This document shows positions 47,884-59,830 of a stretch of DNA of 64,000 nt, one piece after another. Every line of letters starts with the position of its first letter. Positions within the stretch are counted from its first letter, which is position 1. The notes under the pieces are model-generated. The model was not told the DNA's origin. It worked only from the letters and a program-made list of their open reading frames with translations, and made no database searches. Both the position numbers and the translations under genes were made by a program. The stretch comes from Fistulifera solaris (taxonomy: Eukaryota). The stretch lies in the NCBI GenBank assembly GCA_030295235.1, contig AP026164.1, forward strand, positions 372,001 through 436,000, in the 5' to 3' direction.

Positions 47884-50818
47884 CTAGCCGTAGAACATCT
47901 CCAGTTGAGCATTGGTCTGTTGTCTACCTTGAACCTCAACTACCCCTCGCTTTTGAGCATCTTCCACCAGTTGCAGCAACGTCTCGGCTCCCTGCATCCT
48001 TCCGAGAGCACTCGCATTCCCTACACATAAAAGTTGGTATCGTGCTCGAGTCAAGGCTACATTCATTCGGCGATCGTCAGTTAGAAAGCCTGCGTCTTGT
48101 TGGTTCAAAATGGCCTTGGAGTTGGGAGGGCTGCGGACAAACGAGACAATCACAATATCCGCCTCGCATCCTTGGGAAGAATCGACTGTCGCAACAACAA
48201 CTTTCTTCGCTAATCCTTCTTTCATGAGAGCACTCGTGATTGCCGTCACTTGAGCTTGGTAAAATGTAATGATACGAACGCGATCCGATGAAAACCATTG
48301 TGGGTCCGTTGCCTCTTTAAGGGAACGCAGCTGCTTTAAGAGCTCAATCACTACTTTCACTTCAGCCATGTTACGATGAGAGCCACCGTGCATCTGCTCT
48401 TCCATGCCATTCACTTGCAAGAACGTGTACGGCTGTCGACTTTTTAAACATGGGCCATTAGTGTAAGACGATGACGAAACATTGTCGCCATCGGCAATCC
48501 TGTTTTCATAGAATCGCCGGGAAGGGAAGACGGATATGGAAGGGCTCATTCGGTACTGGACATCGAGAATGATATGCTCGTAGTTGCATTCGTACATCAA
48601 TCGTTCATGAAGACTTTTGGTTAATCCACGATCAGTTGCGTATCGACTTAGAACAGTTGCCGGTAGCTGCAAAGGGTCTCCGACAGCCAGTAGTCTAGAT
48701 GGACGCAGTTGAAAGGGTATGTATACTGACGAACAAACGTGAGAGGATGACACGTGCAAAGTAGAGTCGCAGCTGGAGATAACGTACTTTGTGGTTCAGT
48801 GGCTGCAGCTGCTTCATCGACAATGAGATCCGTCACCTGCAACATAGACTGCCGAAAGACAGAACCACCAGCTGCAGCTAACGTACAAAAAATTACATCG
48901 GCAGAATTCACCAATCTACCCCAGATAGATTCCTTTTCAAACGTCTTCAGAACTTTCACAAGATTTTCAAGGAGTGCGCCGATGCCGTGTTCAGGCCCGC
49001 CAAACTTGACTGTTTTGAGCCTGTCGGTAAGCTTTTCGGTTAACTCTTTGATTTCCTTGGGTAAATCTGGGAGGCTGTTTGACAACCTTTGCCGAGACGT
49101 TGTGACATGATGTAGAGATCTTCTATCGAAAATCCGCGGGCATCCGAACCCGGGACAAAATAGCTCTGGATCTTCTGGTAGCCACGAATGATACTCTGAA
49201 TCCAGGTATAGAGAAAAATAGACTCCATTGAACGTTCGTTTTCCATTGTATCTGGTGGAGGGCGTTGGTTGCCTTTCTTCCGATGAGACTTGCTGCTATC
49301 CGCTAAAAGCTTGTCCGCGTCGCCTACGAGCAAAACATTGCAATTACAGCGATCTTGATCCATAGCTTTCAAAAATCTTGCTGCGAGAACAGTAACAGCT
49401 TTGTTCGTAGGCGCGCACACAAGTAGCTTAGGAGGCGTTTTCGCCTTCAGCCCTTTAGATAATACCTACAGATGATTGACACTAAAAGCGTCGTTTTCCC
49501 GGTCCCTAAGGCACTCAAAAGTAAGAACACTTTAATGATCAGTGCAGGACCGACCTTCCCTACCTCACCTGGTGGACCTTGTATTAAATTTAAAGTATTC
49601 GGATCGGCGTCGAGAAAGGTAGATGCTGCTTTCTCTTGGGTTGGATTGAGAAGAGGAATTTTGAACATGGAATTACCTTTTTGGGATTCTCTTTCTTGTA
49701 GTATTGAAGGATAGTATTCTCTTTGTTATCGGACTTTTTTATCTTCGAGGATTTCACCAACGCTGTCGAAGCGTGTGTGGCGCGGAGTTTTCCCACCCAA
49801 TATACTGTTGACAAAACCAACTCGGGCAACGGCAGTGCTGGTCAAGGCTTCGAAGCAGCGCAGTTCTGTGATGAGTGTTGTGATTGGCAAGACGGTCCAC
49901 TCAGTGTCTTCGGCTTGAGGTGGTAGATTGCGGAGGACGAGGACCTGAAACCGTTTGTGCATCTCCAGCTCTTCTCGGTTCCCCGACGTGACAACACCAA
50001 GTATGACATTGTGAATGTTCACGTCTCTGTCACGAGGGATGCACTGGAATACACTTCCAGGGCGAATCTCATAGAGTTGATCTTTGTAAAGTCCTTGTGG
50101 TTCATAAAAGTGATTTTTGAGTGTTGACTGGCCGGAATCATCTCTACAAGATGTGATCGGAGATACATCGTCTTGGCTTTGTTGATTTGCTTTCCGTTAC
50201 TCTTCCACACGCGTTCCAGTTCCGTAGAAATGGCGTTTCGCGCTTCTTCAAGTACTAGTGCGGCGCGTAAATCAAAATGCAGTTTTGGGACTTCGTATGT
50301 GGATGACAGTGGTTTGTGAAATGGCTGGAGACCAACTCGTTTGCAAATGGTCTCCCAAAGCGCCAGCCAAGCGTTTGACGATGAGTTCGCTGCGTCGAGG
50401 AACGCCTTAGGTTCTGAACGTAATAGCGCGCCGTAAAATCGTTCTAGCGAGTTCATAGTGCGAGGAAGCTCTTCGTTTAACCGCTCTTGGTCGATCGGTG
50501 TTGTAATGGGCGTGCCTTTTTTTCTTTTTTGTTTTGCGCGTTGCGCCGTGCTTGTTCTGAGCCGCCAATGAATTTCCGTTTTCCGTCTTTGTCGACTGCA
50601 GTGTAGGGATTATTAGCGGGCTTCTTCTTTTGACAAGAGCTCTTTTGATAAGGGTTGAAGATAGGTGTTTTCACCGAACTAGAGGTAGGGGTGGGACGGG
50701 TCGACAAATAATAAGGGTTCGATAACAAATGACCCGCTGTACTCGTCCCAGTTGGTGTCCTATCCGGACTATCGTCAACGACGATGACCTTGTCAGCTTT
50801 TGGAGTTGCCGAGCTCAT
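47884..50818 (-). CDS. Superfamily 1 helicase, Sen1/Upf1-like (several frameshifts)
   Basis: LNPTQ, IQGPPG|TGKTT (intron 49506-49568), CAPTNKAV, IVDEAA, VGDPLQLPAT, QYRM, ITFYQAQ, TVDSSQGCEAD and RRMNVALTRAR. Second intron 48727-48787. Confidence 0.9.
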
Positions 50819-51312
50819 TGCAGTCAAAGGAATGAATTTCTAAAACATATGTTGTCTTCTAAAGAATGCCGTGTGATGTGACTGCAGCAAGCAGGTGCGC
50901 CGCCGTCTTGCAAAAAAAATTGTGCGCAGGTTTGTCGCCCAACTTGGCTGTGGTACGGTACCAGGTACTACTACTTGTACTTTTTCTTCGTAGAAATGCG
51001 CCAGCATTGTTTCTTTCAAATAATTCGAAATTTGCCGCCATTCGTTTCCCCATCATTCCAAAATCTGCTCTGCATCGCACGGGTATCTTTTAGTAGCAGT
51101 ATAAATAGATATTGAATTCAAATCATTCCATAGTGCGCTTTGCCGGTAAGACGCAGGAGAAAACCATGCATTTTTCGCGGCTCTTATTACCAGTATTCAA
51201 AAACAAATGGCAATCATTTAGCAATCAATGATGATGTCAAATGCCTTTTAATCTCTGCTAGTTTATCTGAATCTCTGCAATAATAATAGTGATAAGCCGC
51301 GTCTCAAGCACT

Positions 51313-52008
51313 ATGGCTGATCATGAAGAGGAAAGCGAGATCCGAGCGGCCATTCAATTCGCCGTCATACAAATTTGCGCGCAAGAAGGAGCTCATACGA
51401 AAACGAAAATCACACCGCAAGCCGTTCGTGCTTTGTCTGAGTTGACTTACTTGTACGCGACAACCTCTTTGAGGAACGATTTGGATGCATTCGCAACGCA
51501 TGCGGGCCGTAAGACGATACATGAAGCCGATGTCAAACTGGTGGCGCGAAAGAATCCGGATAATTTGCTTGATAAAATAAATCAGTACGCGGAGCAAAAT
51601 TTTACAGCTTCAGCTCCAAAGCTAAATGCAGCGAAACCTCGGAAAAAAGAAAATTCTTTCAACCTTGACAAAGACGTCCTATTGTCGTCCAGTGACGAAG
51701 ATGATCTCGGCAATCCACCCAAAAAGGTCCCGAAGAAGTCACTTCCTCCTCCCAGTGACAGCTCATTATCGTCTGCCGATGAAGATTGTTTCAAACTGCC
51801 CGCTCGTCCCGAGCGAAAGCAGAGATTGTCGATTCACGATGAGTCCTCGAGTGACAGCAGTATTGAAAACACTCGACCGGCGAATTCGCGTGCAACAGCT
51901 GGTTTTCAGCCTTTGTACAGCGCTGGTGGTTCTCGAATAAAGAGCATTCTCGATCAGCTATCACAAGATTCGTTCGAAAAAGAGACCGACATGGACGTGC
52001 AAGAATGA
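51313..52008 (+). CDS. CENP-S/MHF1 histone-fold protein with Ser/acidic C-terminal extension
   Basis: AAIQFAVIQIC...TPQAVRALSEL...DLDAFATHAGRKTIHEADVKLVARKN matches the CENP-S consensus. Confidence 0.85.
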   Translation: MADHEEESEIRAAIQFAVIQICAQEGAHTKTKITPQAVRALSELTYLYATTSLRNDLDAFATHAGRKTIHEADVKLVARKNPDNLLDKINQYAEQNFTASAPKLNAAKPRKKENSFNLDKDVLLSSSDEDDLGNPPKKVPKKSLPPPSDSSLSSADEDCFKLPARPERKQRLSIHDESSSDSSIENTRPANSRATAGFQPLYSAGGSRIKSILDQLSQDSFEKETDMDVQE

Positions 52009-52214
52009 GACTTGCTTGTTGCCTTATCTTTGCTAAATATCCTAATGCACATTAAACATGTAGATAGATTCTTGTAGAAACTAGTTTCGGCTACCGATGA
52101 ATAGCAGTTTATTTGAAGACTAGACCTAGTTATTAAATGTCAACAACGAGGAGTATCTATATTAGAATTCACTAGTTAAATCAGAATAAAGATAGCCCAA
52201 TGACAGACGCATAT

Positions 52215-53029
52215 TTATTTGCTTCCAATGATTGAGAGGAACATGTTGAAAGCAATCTGCACGGCATTGATAAAGACGAGGCGGTGCTTGGTGGAGATGA
52301 ACTTGAAGTTGACGGCATGAACAATCGGCCATACTTTCCACGATCCTTGGCAGGCTGTGAAGAGATCACTTTTGACTTTGTCAACAATGACAGCGACTGA
52401 ATCGCCGTTCACCAACCCCAAGTACGTGAAGAAGACAGTCATGAAAATAGGGCACCAAATGAGTTGATCAATTCCAACCTTCAACGCGACGTGTTGGGCT
52501 TCCTTTCCTTCAATCTGCTTATCAAGCCAGTTGTAGAAAAAAGTGACCAGAGGGTCCGTGGTAAATGAAACCAAAGACACTCAGTGTGATGAATCGCTTC
52601 ATATCGAATGGTCCACCGCTGATGAAAATCTGTCGAGACGAATGCGAGGAGTGAGTCAATCAACCTGATGCAAAAAGGCGAATTCGACTTTGCTGGCAAT
52701 GATCTCATTTGCCCTATTTTACACAAAGCGAACACACAAAAGAGCCATACCTGAGCAAGCAAATCGCCAAGGGCCCATCCTACCAAGGAAGTCATAGCCT
52801 TGGTAATCAAGGGCTTCTTATCAAGGGCCTCATTGTAGGCAGCCCATCCAGGCACCGCACCTCCTCGGACCTTTGACTGATCTCGGAAGAGCGAGCTTGT
52901 GACAGCTTTGTCTTTGAGAAAGCCTACGCTGGTAGTGGAAGGCTTGGTGAGCGCAGGCTTCGGTGAGACGCCGAAAGCACTGACGGCAAGGAAAGAGCTA
53001 GCAATAACGAGGATGGAAGTCAACTTCAT
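52215..53029 (-). CDS. Mpv17/PMP22-family membrane protein with bipartite presequence
   Basis: AVSA-FGV presequence, PLITKAMTS...GDLLAQ, KVGIDQLIWCP and SWKVWPIVHAVNFKF. Intron 52630-52750; frameshift near 52545. Confidence 0.9.
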
Positions 53030-53654
53030 GGTGTTTAACTGTAATAAGCAATTGGCAATTGAGATTCAAATGAAGGAAGTGCGCTTCTCACTTCATTGAC
53101 ACCTTCTGTTTGAATCGGCATCGGTGTACACGCGTGACACCATTGGAAGATACGAACGCAAGATCCACCTCAACAAACTACCCTACACAATATTTCTTAT
53201 AGTAATTAGCACATGATACAAGATACCTTGGTACCGGTACGGTACCATACCGTACCATGGAGACGATGGACTTCCCCTTCCGCTTCTCCTTCTTCGCCCA
53301 TGCTGGATGCGAGTCGCAAATGTACTGGTAGAAAGTGCGCATTACCCGTCAGACACTGCTTTATGTCGTGCAGTGTGCAGTCTGTAAAATAACCGGTGCG
53401 ATATACTCCGTATATAATTATAAGTGACGCACTGGTACTTGGCATTTGGCGATTGGCGTTTTTTTGGTTACGTTCTGCTTCTGCGGCAGCTGACCGAGAA
53501 CACTCCTCGAACTCGAAGCCTTACGAAAATGAATGACATTGGAGACGGATTGTCATTCTTTTTGAACAAGTGACACTGGTACTGGTACCTTCTCTGTTCG
53601 ATCTTCGTCTAACCGTATAGCAATCGTATATTCGTCTCCTGTTCATCTCTCACT

Positions 53655-54555
53655 ATGGCGATTTCTATTGAGAAAACGCCGTTTGATTTTGGACCGCGAG
53701 AACTCGACAGATTCGATGAGGGCCAAACCATTCTTTGGCTCTCTATGTTTGCGTTTTAGCAATATGTTGCGTCACACCCATGGTTTACTTTATTCGATTA
53801 CAAATAGAATATCGGCATCATCAGCATCTACGACGGCTGGAAGAAGCAGGAATTATTGCTGCTCTCCAAGAGTCGCACCAGAATCGAGAAGAGAATCGGG
53901 CAGCGCGACGCAAGTATTTAGACGAAAGGAGAGCTCGAATATCTCAGCTTTTTCGTTCGTTTCGATTGGTACGTGCCTTTCAAGTTCTTCAGTACTTTTT
54001 CAATCGAAGACCTCAGGTATGCTAACGTTTCTCTGACAGACTTTGCAAGATGAACATTTCGTCGGTCAAGTCGACACAACCAGCAACGAATGTATAACGA
54101 CGGATGTACAAAACGAGAAAGATACTGCCGACGCAAACGATTACAATAAAAGAGATTTAGAGAATGGGGATAACGATGGTGTTGACAATAGGGAACTTAC
54201 TTGTGAAGATGGCTCTTCGATGATCCGCGTTCCGCTCCCTGGACTTTACGTTGAAAAGAAAGGAACTCGCTTAGTTCCAGGAGTGTGTGCCATTTGCTTA
54301 TGCGACTATGAGGTTGGAACAGATGTCGTTTGGTCTTCAAATGCATCTTGCGAACATGTCTTTCACGCAGAGTGCATAGAAGCTTGGCTCATGAAACAGC
54401 GCGAGGGGCCACTTTGTCCTTGTTGTAGACGCGATTTCGTCATTGACCCATATGATTGTGACGGTGAAGAATGGGATAATCGAATGATGGAGCTAGCGCA
54501 TACGTTCGACTCGGAAGAGGTGGAATTGTCATTTCGACAGGATGTACACGTATAG
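53655..54555 (+). CDS. Membrane-anchored RING-H2 E3 ubiquitin ligase
   Basis: TM segment LALYVCVLAICCVTP and RING CAICLCDY...CEHVFHAECIEAWL...CPCCR. Intron about 53969-54039; 5' frameshift near 53675. Confidence 0.85.
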
Positions 54556-54920
54556 TTTTTGATTCTTGGTTGGTCTGGGGAAAATCTTTTCAAAGTATGC
54601 GTTCATTTCCTGGCGTCAATCACTCTTCGATTTTGGGCTAATCAATAATGTTTGATCTTTCTTATTATTCCTTTGACAATCTGCCGATTGAAATGAGCCT
54701 AAAAGATTTAACATACATTTTTCACGAAAAGTAGCAGCAAGAAATCAATGAGTGTGAAATACGAGTTACTTCGACATGCTAGATCCATTTAACAGGTGCG
54801 AATCTGTAAAGCTGAAGCCAGGTTTCTACCGTGTTCTATGTTGAATAGCCAAACTTATTTTGAGGACATCAACAACATCAAAAAACAATAAACAGTCGTG
54901 GGCGGAACCTGCAAGTCGGC

Positions 54921-55268
54921 AATATCCCGATTTTCTGGACAAGTAAAAATATCAAACGCCCAGATTTTCTGGATACCTCAAAATGGATTTTATGGATGTG
55001 TCAAAAATTTAAAACGCCCAGATTTTATGGATGTGTCAAAATATCAAACGCCCAGATTTTCTGGATACGTCACAATATCAAACGCCCAGATTTTCTGGAC
55101 ACGACAAAATATAAAAAGCCATTTTCTGGATACGTCACAATATCGAACCCCCAGATTTTCTGGATACGACAAAATATCATGCGCCCAGATTTTCTGGATA
55201 CGACAAAATATCATGCGCCCAGATTTTCTGAAGACGACAAAATATTAAACGCCCAGATTTTCTGGATA
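54921..55268. repeat. Tandem minisatellite, 11 copies of a 34-bp unit with an internal palindrome
   Basis: Consensus AAAATATCAAACGCCCAGATTTTCTGGATACGAC. Cores start at 54929, 54963, 54986, 55021, 55055, 55089, 55120, 55154, 55188, 55222 and 55256 (spacing mostly 34, with one each of 23, 35 and 31). Confidence 0.95.
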
Positions 55269-55362
55269 AGTGAAAGTGAATCATCGGAATGCATGCCTGC
55301 CATGAACGTTGGACGATGGCAGATTGCAGCGTAACAGCGGCAGCATTCATTTGAAGCAAATC

Positions 55363-56541
55363 ATGAGAAACAATAGGAAATTAAAATTTAGCTTTGTTGT
55401 CCTCTCGTTCATTTTTCATTGGGTGAATTCAGCCGCTTGGGTGGCTGCCTTTCATTCGAGAACAATAGCATCAAAAGCGTCGCCCTCCTGGGCCAACAGT
55501 CGCAGTCCAGATGAAGACGTTTCCTTTTCGCTAAATGGCAACCCAAGCGCAAATTCTACAGTGCGTGACAATGACAATAAGAATAGTGATAGCTTACAAG
55601 CAAGTTCGATGCGATCTGGTTTTAATTCTCAGCTATCCGCACTTCCGTATAACCCTCGACAACCTGAATACTTTTACGGAGATCGAAGCGGAAGAGAATA
55701 TAAGTCACGTCGCAGAAACAAGTCAGACAGTTGGGATAACGATCAGCAACAACAGGTATTTGCGGCACTATCTGAGATAATACAGCAAGACGCTCCGGAT
55801 TCGCCGTGGGAAGTCATTTCTCCCACTGACATGGCGCAAGGCAAAGAATTGATCGAGGCTTGGAGTAAATCAACACTCGAATTCGATCCGACCGGTGTAT
55901 ATGATGACGAACTTTATCGTGCTGTCTTTTCTCAAGAGCCGGACTTTTTTAAAACGAAAGAGAAAGAGAAGGAGGATCTCGAACAAAAGGAGCGAGAGTT
56001 TGGAGAGCTGTCACCCGCACGCCTGAGACAAAAAGAGCTACAAGATCAACGAAGAGAAGCGAATCGACTAAAATTAATAAAAGGCTTGGAGGACTATATC
56101 AAAGCTTTGGAAGCAGCCGAAGAGAAGCAACCGACGCAACTCAAATGTCGCCGATGTAAGTGCCTTATGACTTCCCAAGCGGCAGCGTCACAAGGGCAGC
56201 TGTGCCAAGTTTGTCAAGCGGAGTTGTTGATAGCTTCTACGAAGAATGAACCCGGTCGACCGCAGCGACGGCAGTATTGGACGAATCCCAACTTACGAAG
56301 TTACAATCCACCCGTACAGCAGAGGCCGCGACCTCCAAGAGACGATGGAAAAGCCATTGCTTTTGGTGACTTGATGAATGGCATGCTAGAAAATGTGAAT
56401 AAGGAAGAAAACAATAACACAGCCGTGTCTGATAGCAACCAAGACGAGAGTACTAGCCCTTGGTGCGAAACGATTGACCCGGACACCGGTAAAGTCTTTT
56501 ACTGGAATGAAGAAACCGGTGAAATGCGGTGGGAACTTTAA
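55363..56541 (+). CDS. Unknown protein with bipartite presequence, C4 zinc ribbon and C-terminal WW domain
   Basis: VAA-F presequence, CRRC...CQVC, and terminal SPWCETIDPDTGKVFYWNEETGEMRWE (WW consensus). Confidence 0.7.
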   Translation: MRNNRKLKFSFVVLSFIFHWVNSAAWVAAFHSRTIASKASPSWANSRSPDEDVSFSLNGNPSANSTVRDNDNKNSDSLQASSMRSGFNSQLSALPYNPRQPEYFYGDRSGREYKSRRRNKSDSWDNDQQQQVFAALSEIIQQDAPDSPWEVISPTDMAQGKELIEAWSKSTLEFDPTGVYDDELYRAVFSQEPDFFKTKEKEKEDLEQKEREFGELSPARLRQKELQDQRREANRLKLIKGLEDYIKALEAAEEKQPTQLKCRRCKCLMTSQAAASQGQLCQVCQAELLIASTKNEPGRPQRRQYWTNPNLRSYNPPVQQRPRPPRDDGKAIAFGDLMNGMLENVNKEENNNTAVSDSNQDESTSPWCETIDPDTGKVFYWNEETGEMRWEL

Positions 56542-57246
56542 GGTGGCGCAACCGAATATCCGAAGACCTGAACGCTCCATAGTGACACACCCCAGCCGCG
56601 GTGAAAGGGGCTTCTGATCAGAATGTGCAGCTGTTGGATAGGTTCGGTTGTTTTCAAGTGCTGATAAGAATGTACAATGTGGAGAGGAAGCTTTTGATTT
56701 TTGACTCCAGGAGAAACACCCGTTTCGTGTACAGTTCGATGGCGTTGTAGAAATGATTTGACTTTCGAATCGAGTGTCCAGACTGATACATTTGCAAGTG
56801 TTTGACCCCGTATCAGGTAGTCATCGGAATAGGCGGTTTCCCAATCCAAAAGAATATCCGTTACACGCACACTTTGTCGAAACTGCATGACGACCCAGTG
56901 TTGACCTTTGATTTCTGTTCCATGCATGTCACTGGCTGCTTGCCATCGATCCTGTAGCCAATTTGTTCCGTTATTGAGCATCACTTCTGGTGGCCCCAAA
57001 TTTCCCCGCACATCTGTTTGAATGTACCGGACGTGCTCGGGCGTGGATAACAAATGAATTGGTGTCGAAAAAGAGCCTTTCCCTCTTTTTTTGACGCAAA
57101 GATGAGCGACGGAGTAAAGTGTAGTCGCTTGTCAGGTGGTCGATAAAGACTATGCAAAGAATACAGCCGAGGGCCAATAGAACGAAGGCAGTTTGTAAGC
57201 GATTGATGATACTTTCCGCCTTGCGGCGTCGAATTGGTATTGCCAT
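56538..57246 (-). CDS. Type II membrane protein with F5/8-type C (discoidin/galactose-binding-like) domain (frameshift near 57055)
   Basis: N-terminal TM, then DRWQAA...QHWVVMQF...DILLDWETAYSDDYLI...WGVSLWSVQVFG. Confidence 0.7.
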
Positions 57247-57666
57247 GCTTATCACCAAAATATGAAAAGAAATCCTTCTTTATTCTTTTATCGATTTTCT
57301 ACATGGCTTTCTAGCCTCTCGTCGTCCCAAACGCTCGGTGACTGCATTATTATTATTTTATGGGTGCCTTCGTTTTTTTTGCGCAGAAGGCGAACATCCG
57401 GGTTTTATTTTTCTATCGTCAAACCTTTGACAAACCTACGTGATGAAATACCAGTAATTCGTCAACTGTGCCATTTTAAACCATATGTACTATAGATTCT
57501 AGAGTGAACGTTCGTGAAAAATTCTCTGCCAAAATTCTCCCCACAAACGACGCAACAGCAACCACAAAGGCGTTTATCATTGTGAATTTTGCTTATCTTT
57601 GCCAAGCGAAACAAACCTTACGTACAAGTTATCTATTTTTAAATAACATTATCAAGAAGCATCAAG

Positions 57667-59696
57667 ATGTCAGAAGAATACAATAGCACTGCCTTGAACG
57701 CCCGCGAGTTGGAATGGGCCAACAATCCCCCCGAGACCATGGCCGCTCACAAGGCGAGAAATGGGCCGATTTGTCGTACGCGTTTTCCTCCCGAACCGAA
57801 TGGTTATTTGCACATCGGTCACGCCAAAAGTATGAACATGAACTTTAGTTTGGCTTTCCAGAAGTTAAATGTGCCTCCGGAACATCGTCGTACCATCTTT
57901 CGTTACGACGATACGAATCCCGATGCCGAAACGGCCGAGTACATTGATTCGCTCAGACGCGATCTTGAGTGGCTCGGATGGAAACCGGAACGGACGACCT
58001 ATTCGTCCGATAATTTCGGAAAACTCTACGATTTTGCGGTGGAACTCGTCAAAAAGGAACTCGCCTACGTGTGTGACATGACCAAGGCCGAGATGGAGGC
58101 GCAACGCGAGCTCGCGATGAAGAGAGCGCATGCGCGGGCCCGGGGACTCGATCCGGACGTGGAAGCTCCAATTACGGATCCGGATATTTTGCCGGGTCGG
58201 AACCGCAACACGAGTGTGGAAAGAAACTTGGAGTTACTGGAAAAGATGAAGATGGGTCTCTTTGCCGAGGGACAGTACACCTTGCGATTGAAGATGGACT
58301 TTGAATCGAGTAATCCGAATATGTACGATCTGGTGGCTTACCGCATCAAGTATACGCCACACCCGCATGCGGGTAATGGATGGTGTATCTACCCGTCCTA
58401 TGACTTCACACACGGCATTTGCGACTCGCTGGAAGACATCGATTATAGTATCTGCACGCTCGAGTTCGAAACACGCCGCGAGCCGTACTACTGGATATTG
58501 CACGCACTGGATCTCTTCCGTCCGGCGGTGTACGAAATGTCACGTCTCAACTTGCAGTATACTGTGCTTTCGAAGCGTCGATTAATCAAGCTGGTCGATA
58601 CAGGTGTCGTTCGAGGCTGGGATGATCCGCGCATGCCCACCGTCTCCGGTTTGCGACGACGAGGATACACTCCAGTCATCTTGAACAGCTTTTGCGATGA
58701 CATTGGGGCGACAAGATCGGCAAATGTTGTGGAGGTAAAAAACTGGAACAGACGGCGCGATTGGCACTTGCCGCGACCAGTCGTCGTGCGATGGCCGCCT
58801 TGGATCCGATTAAAGTGGTAATCACAAACTACAATGAACAGTCCGACGAAAACATGGTGTACGAAGTGCAGAATAGTCCCACAGACCCGGAAGCAGGGGT
58901 TCATACGGTCATGCTTACTGAAGTTATCTATCTTGATTCGACGGACTTTCGCATTGAAGATTCCAAGGATTATTTTGGATTAGCTCCGAACAAAGCTGTT
59001 GGTCTCAAGTACTATGGAGGCAACTTAGTATGCGACGAAGTTATTGAGAAGAACGGCAAGATCGTCGAATTGAAAGGTCATCTGGATAATAGCCCGGATC
59101 GTGTTAAACCTAAAACTTATCTGTCGTGGGTTCCGTCGAATAGCTTTCCGTGCGAGATCCGAGTGTACAATCATCTCTTCACCGTTCCTGAGCCATCCGA
59201 TCTTTGGGAAGATGAAATCAACCCAGATTCGGAGCAGGTGTTTGCGAATGCGTTGATCGATCCGTCGGTAGCTGAGGTTATTGACGTAAACGAAATTGAC
59301 AAGTGGAAATCCAACACGGCGTTGCAACTGGAACGATTCGGTTTCTTCGTGGTTGATCCTGACACAACTTTTGATTCAAAGACGCGCATGGGATGGATTG
59401 TCTTGAATAGGACAGTAAGTCTTAAAGAGGATAAAGGCAAAAGCGGAGGCGAGAAGTCGGCGCCGGTCAATGATGGAAGAAAGGTAGTCTCCGCAGACGA
59501 GAGAGAAGCTAGAATGAATATAGCCCCCGAGGATTTCTTTCGCCTGGCTCCTGAATACAGTGGAAAGTTTAGCAAGTTCGATGATGAAGGTTTCCCTACA
59601 CATGATGAAGAAGGCAAAGAAGTGACTAAGAGTATGTCGAAGAAACTGAAGAAGGAGCTTGACAAGCACAAGAAACTTGTGAGCAAGAAGAGTTAA
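57667..59696 (+). CDS. QARS: Glutaminyl-tRNA synthetase (1-bp deletion in the A-run at 58737-58742)
   Basis: TRFPPEPNGYLHIGHAK (HIGH), RYDDTNP, DLVAYRIKY, YPSYDFTH, LSKR, GWDDPRMPT and QLERFGFF. Confidence 0.95.
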
Positions 59697-59830
59697 CGGC
59701 GTAATTGTAAATCATTCTATCAAAAACAAATGATAAAAAAGCAATAATTGATCAATAGTTCTCATAATCTGAAGCAAGATTTATTAGAATTAGCAGCGTG
59801 TCAAAATCGAACTCCATGCAATGAGGCCGA

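Noticed and set aside
587..54555. Possible ancient segmental duplication (lumen protein, trypsin, RING-H2 at 0.6-11 kb and again at 45-54.5 kb)
   Set aside because: These are large diatom families, orientations and intervening genes differ, and I saw no nucleotide-level similarity.
54921..55268. CRISPR-like array (palindromic repeats at regular spacing)
   Set aside because: The sequences between palindromes are variants of one another rather than unique spacers, the period is only 34 bp, there are no cas genes, and the context is eukaryotic.
54898..55334. ORFs 54898-55248 and 54996-55334 with repeated ISNAQIFWIRQNI peptides
   Set aside because: They are a by-product of the 34-bp repeat: the same peptides cycle through all three frames.
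56538..56541. TTAA at the convergent stop overlap as a piggyBac footprint
   Set aside because: TTAA follows automatically from two overlapping TAA stops, and there are no transposon ends nearby.
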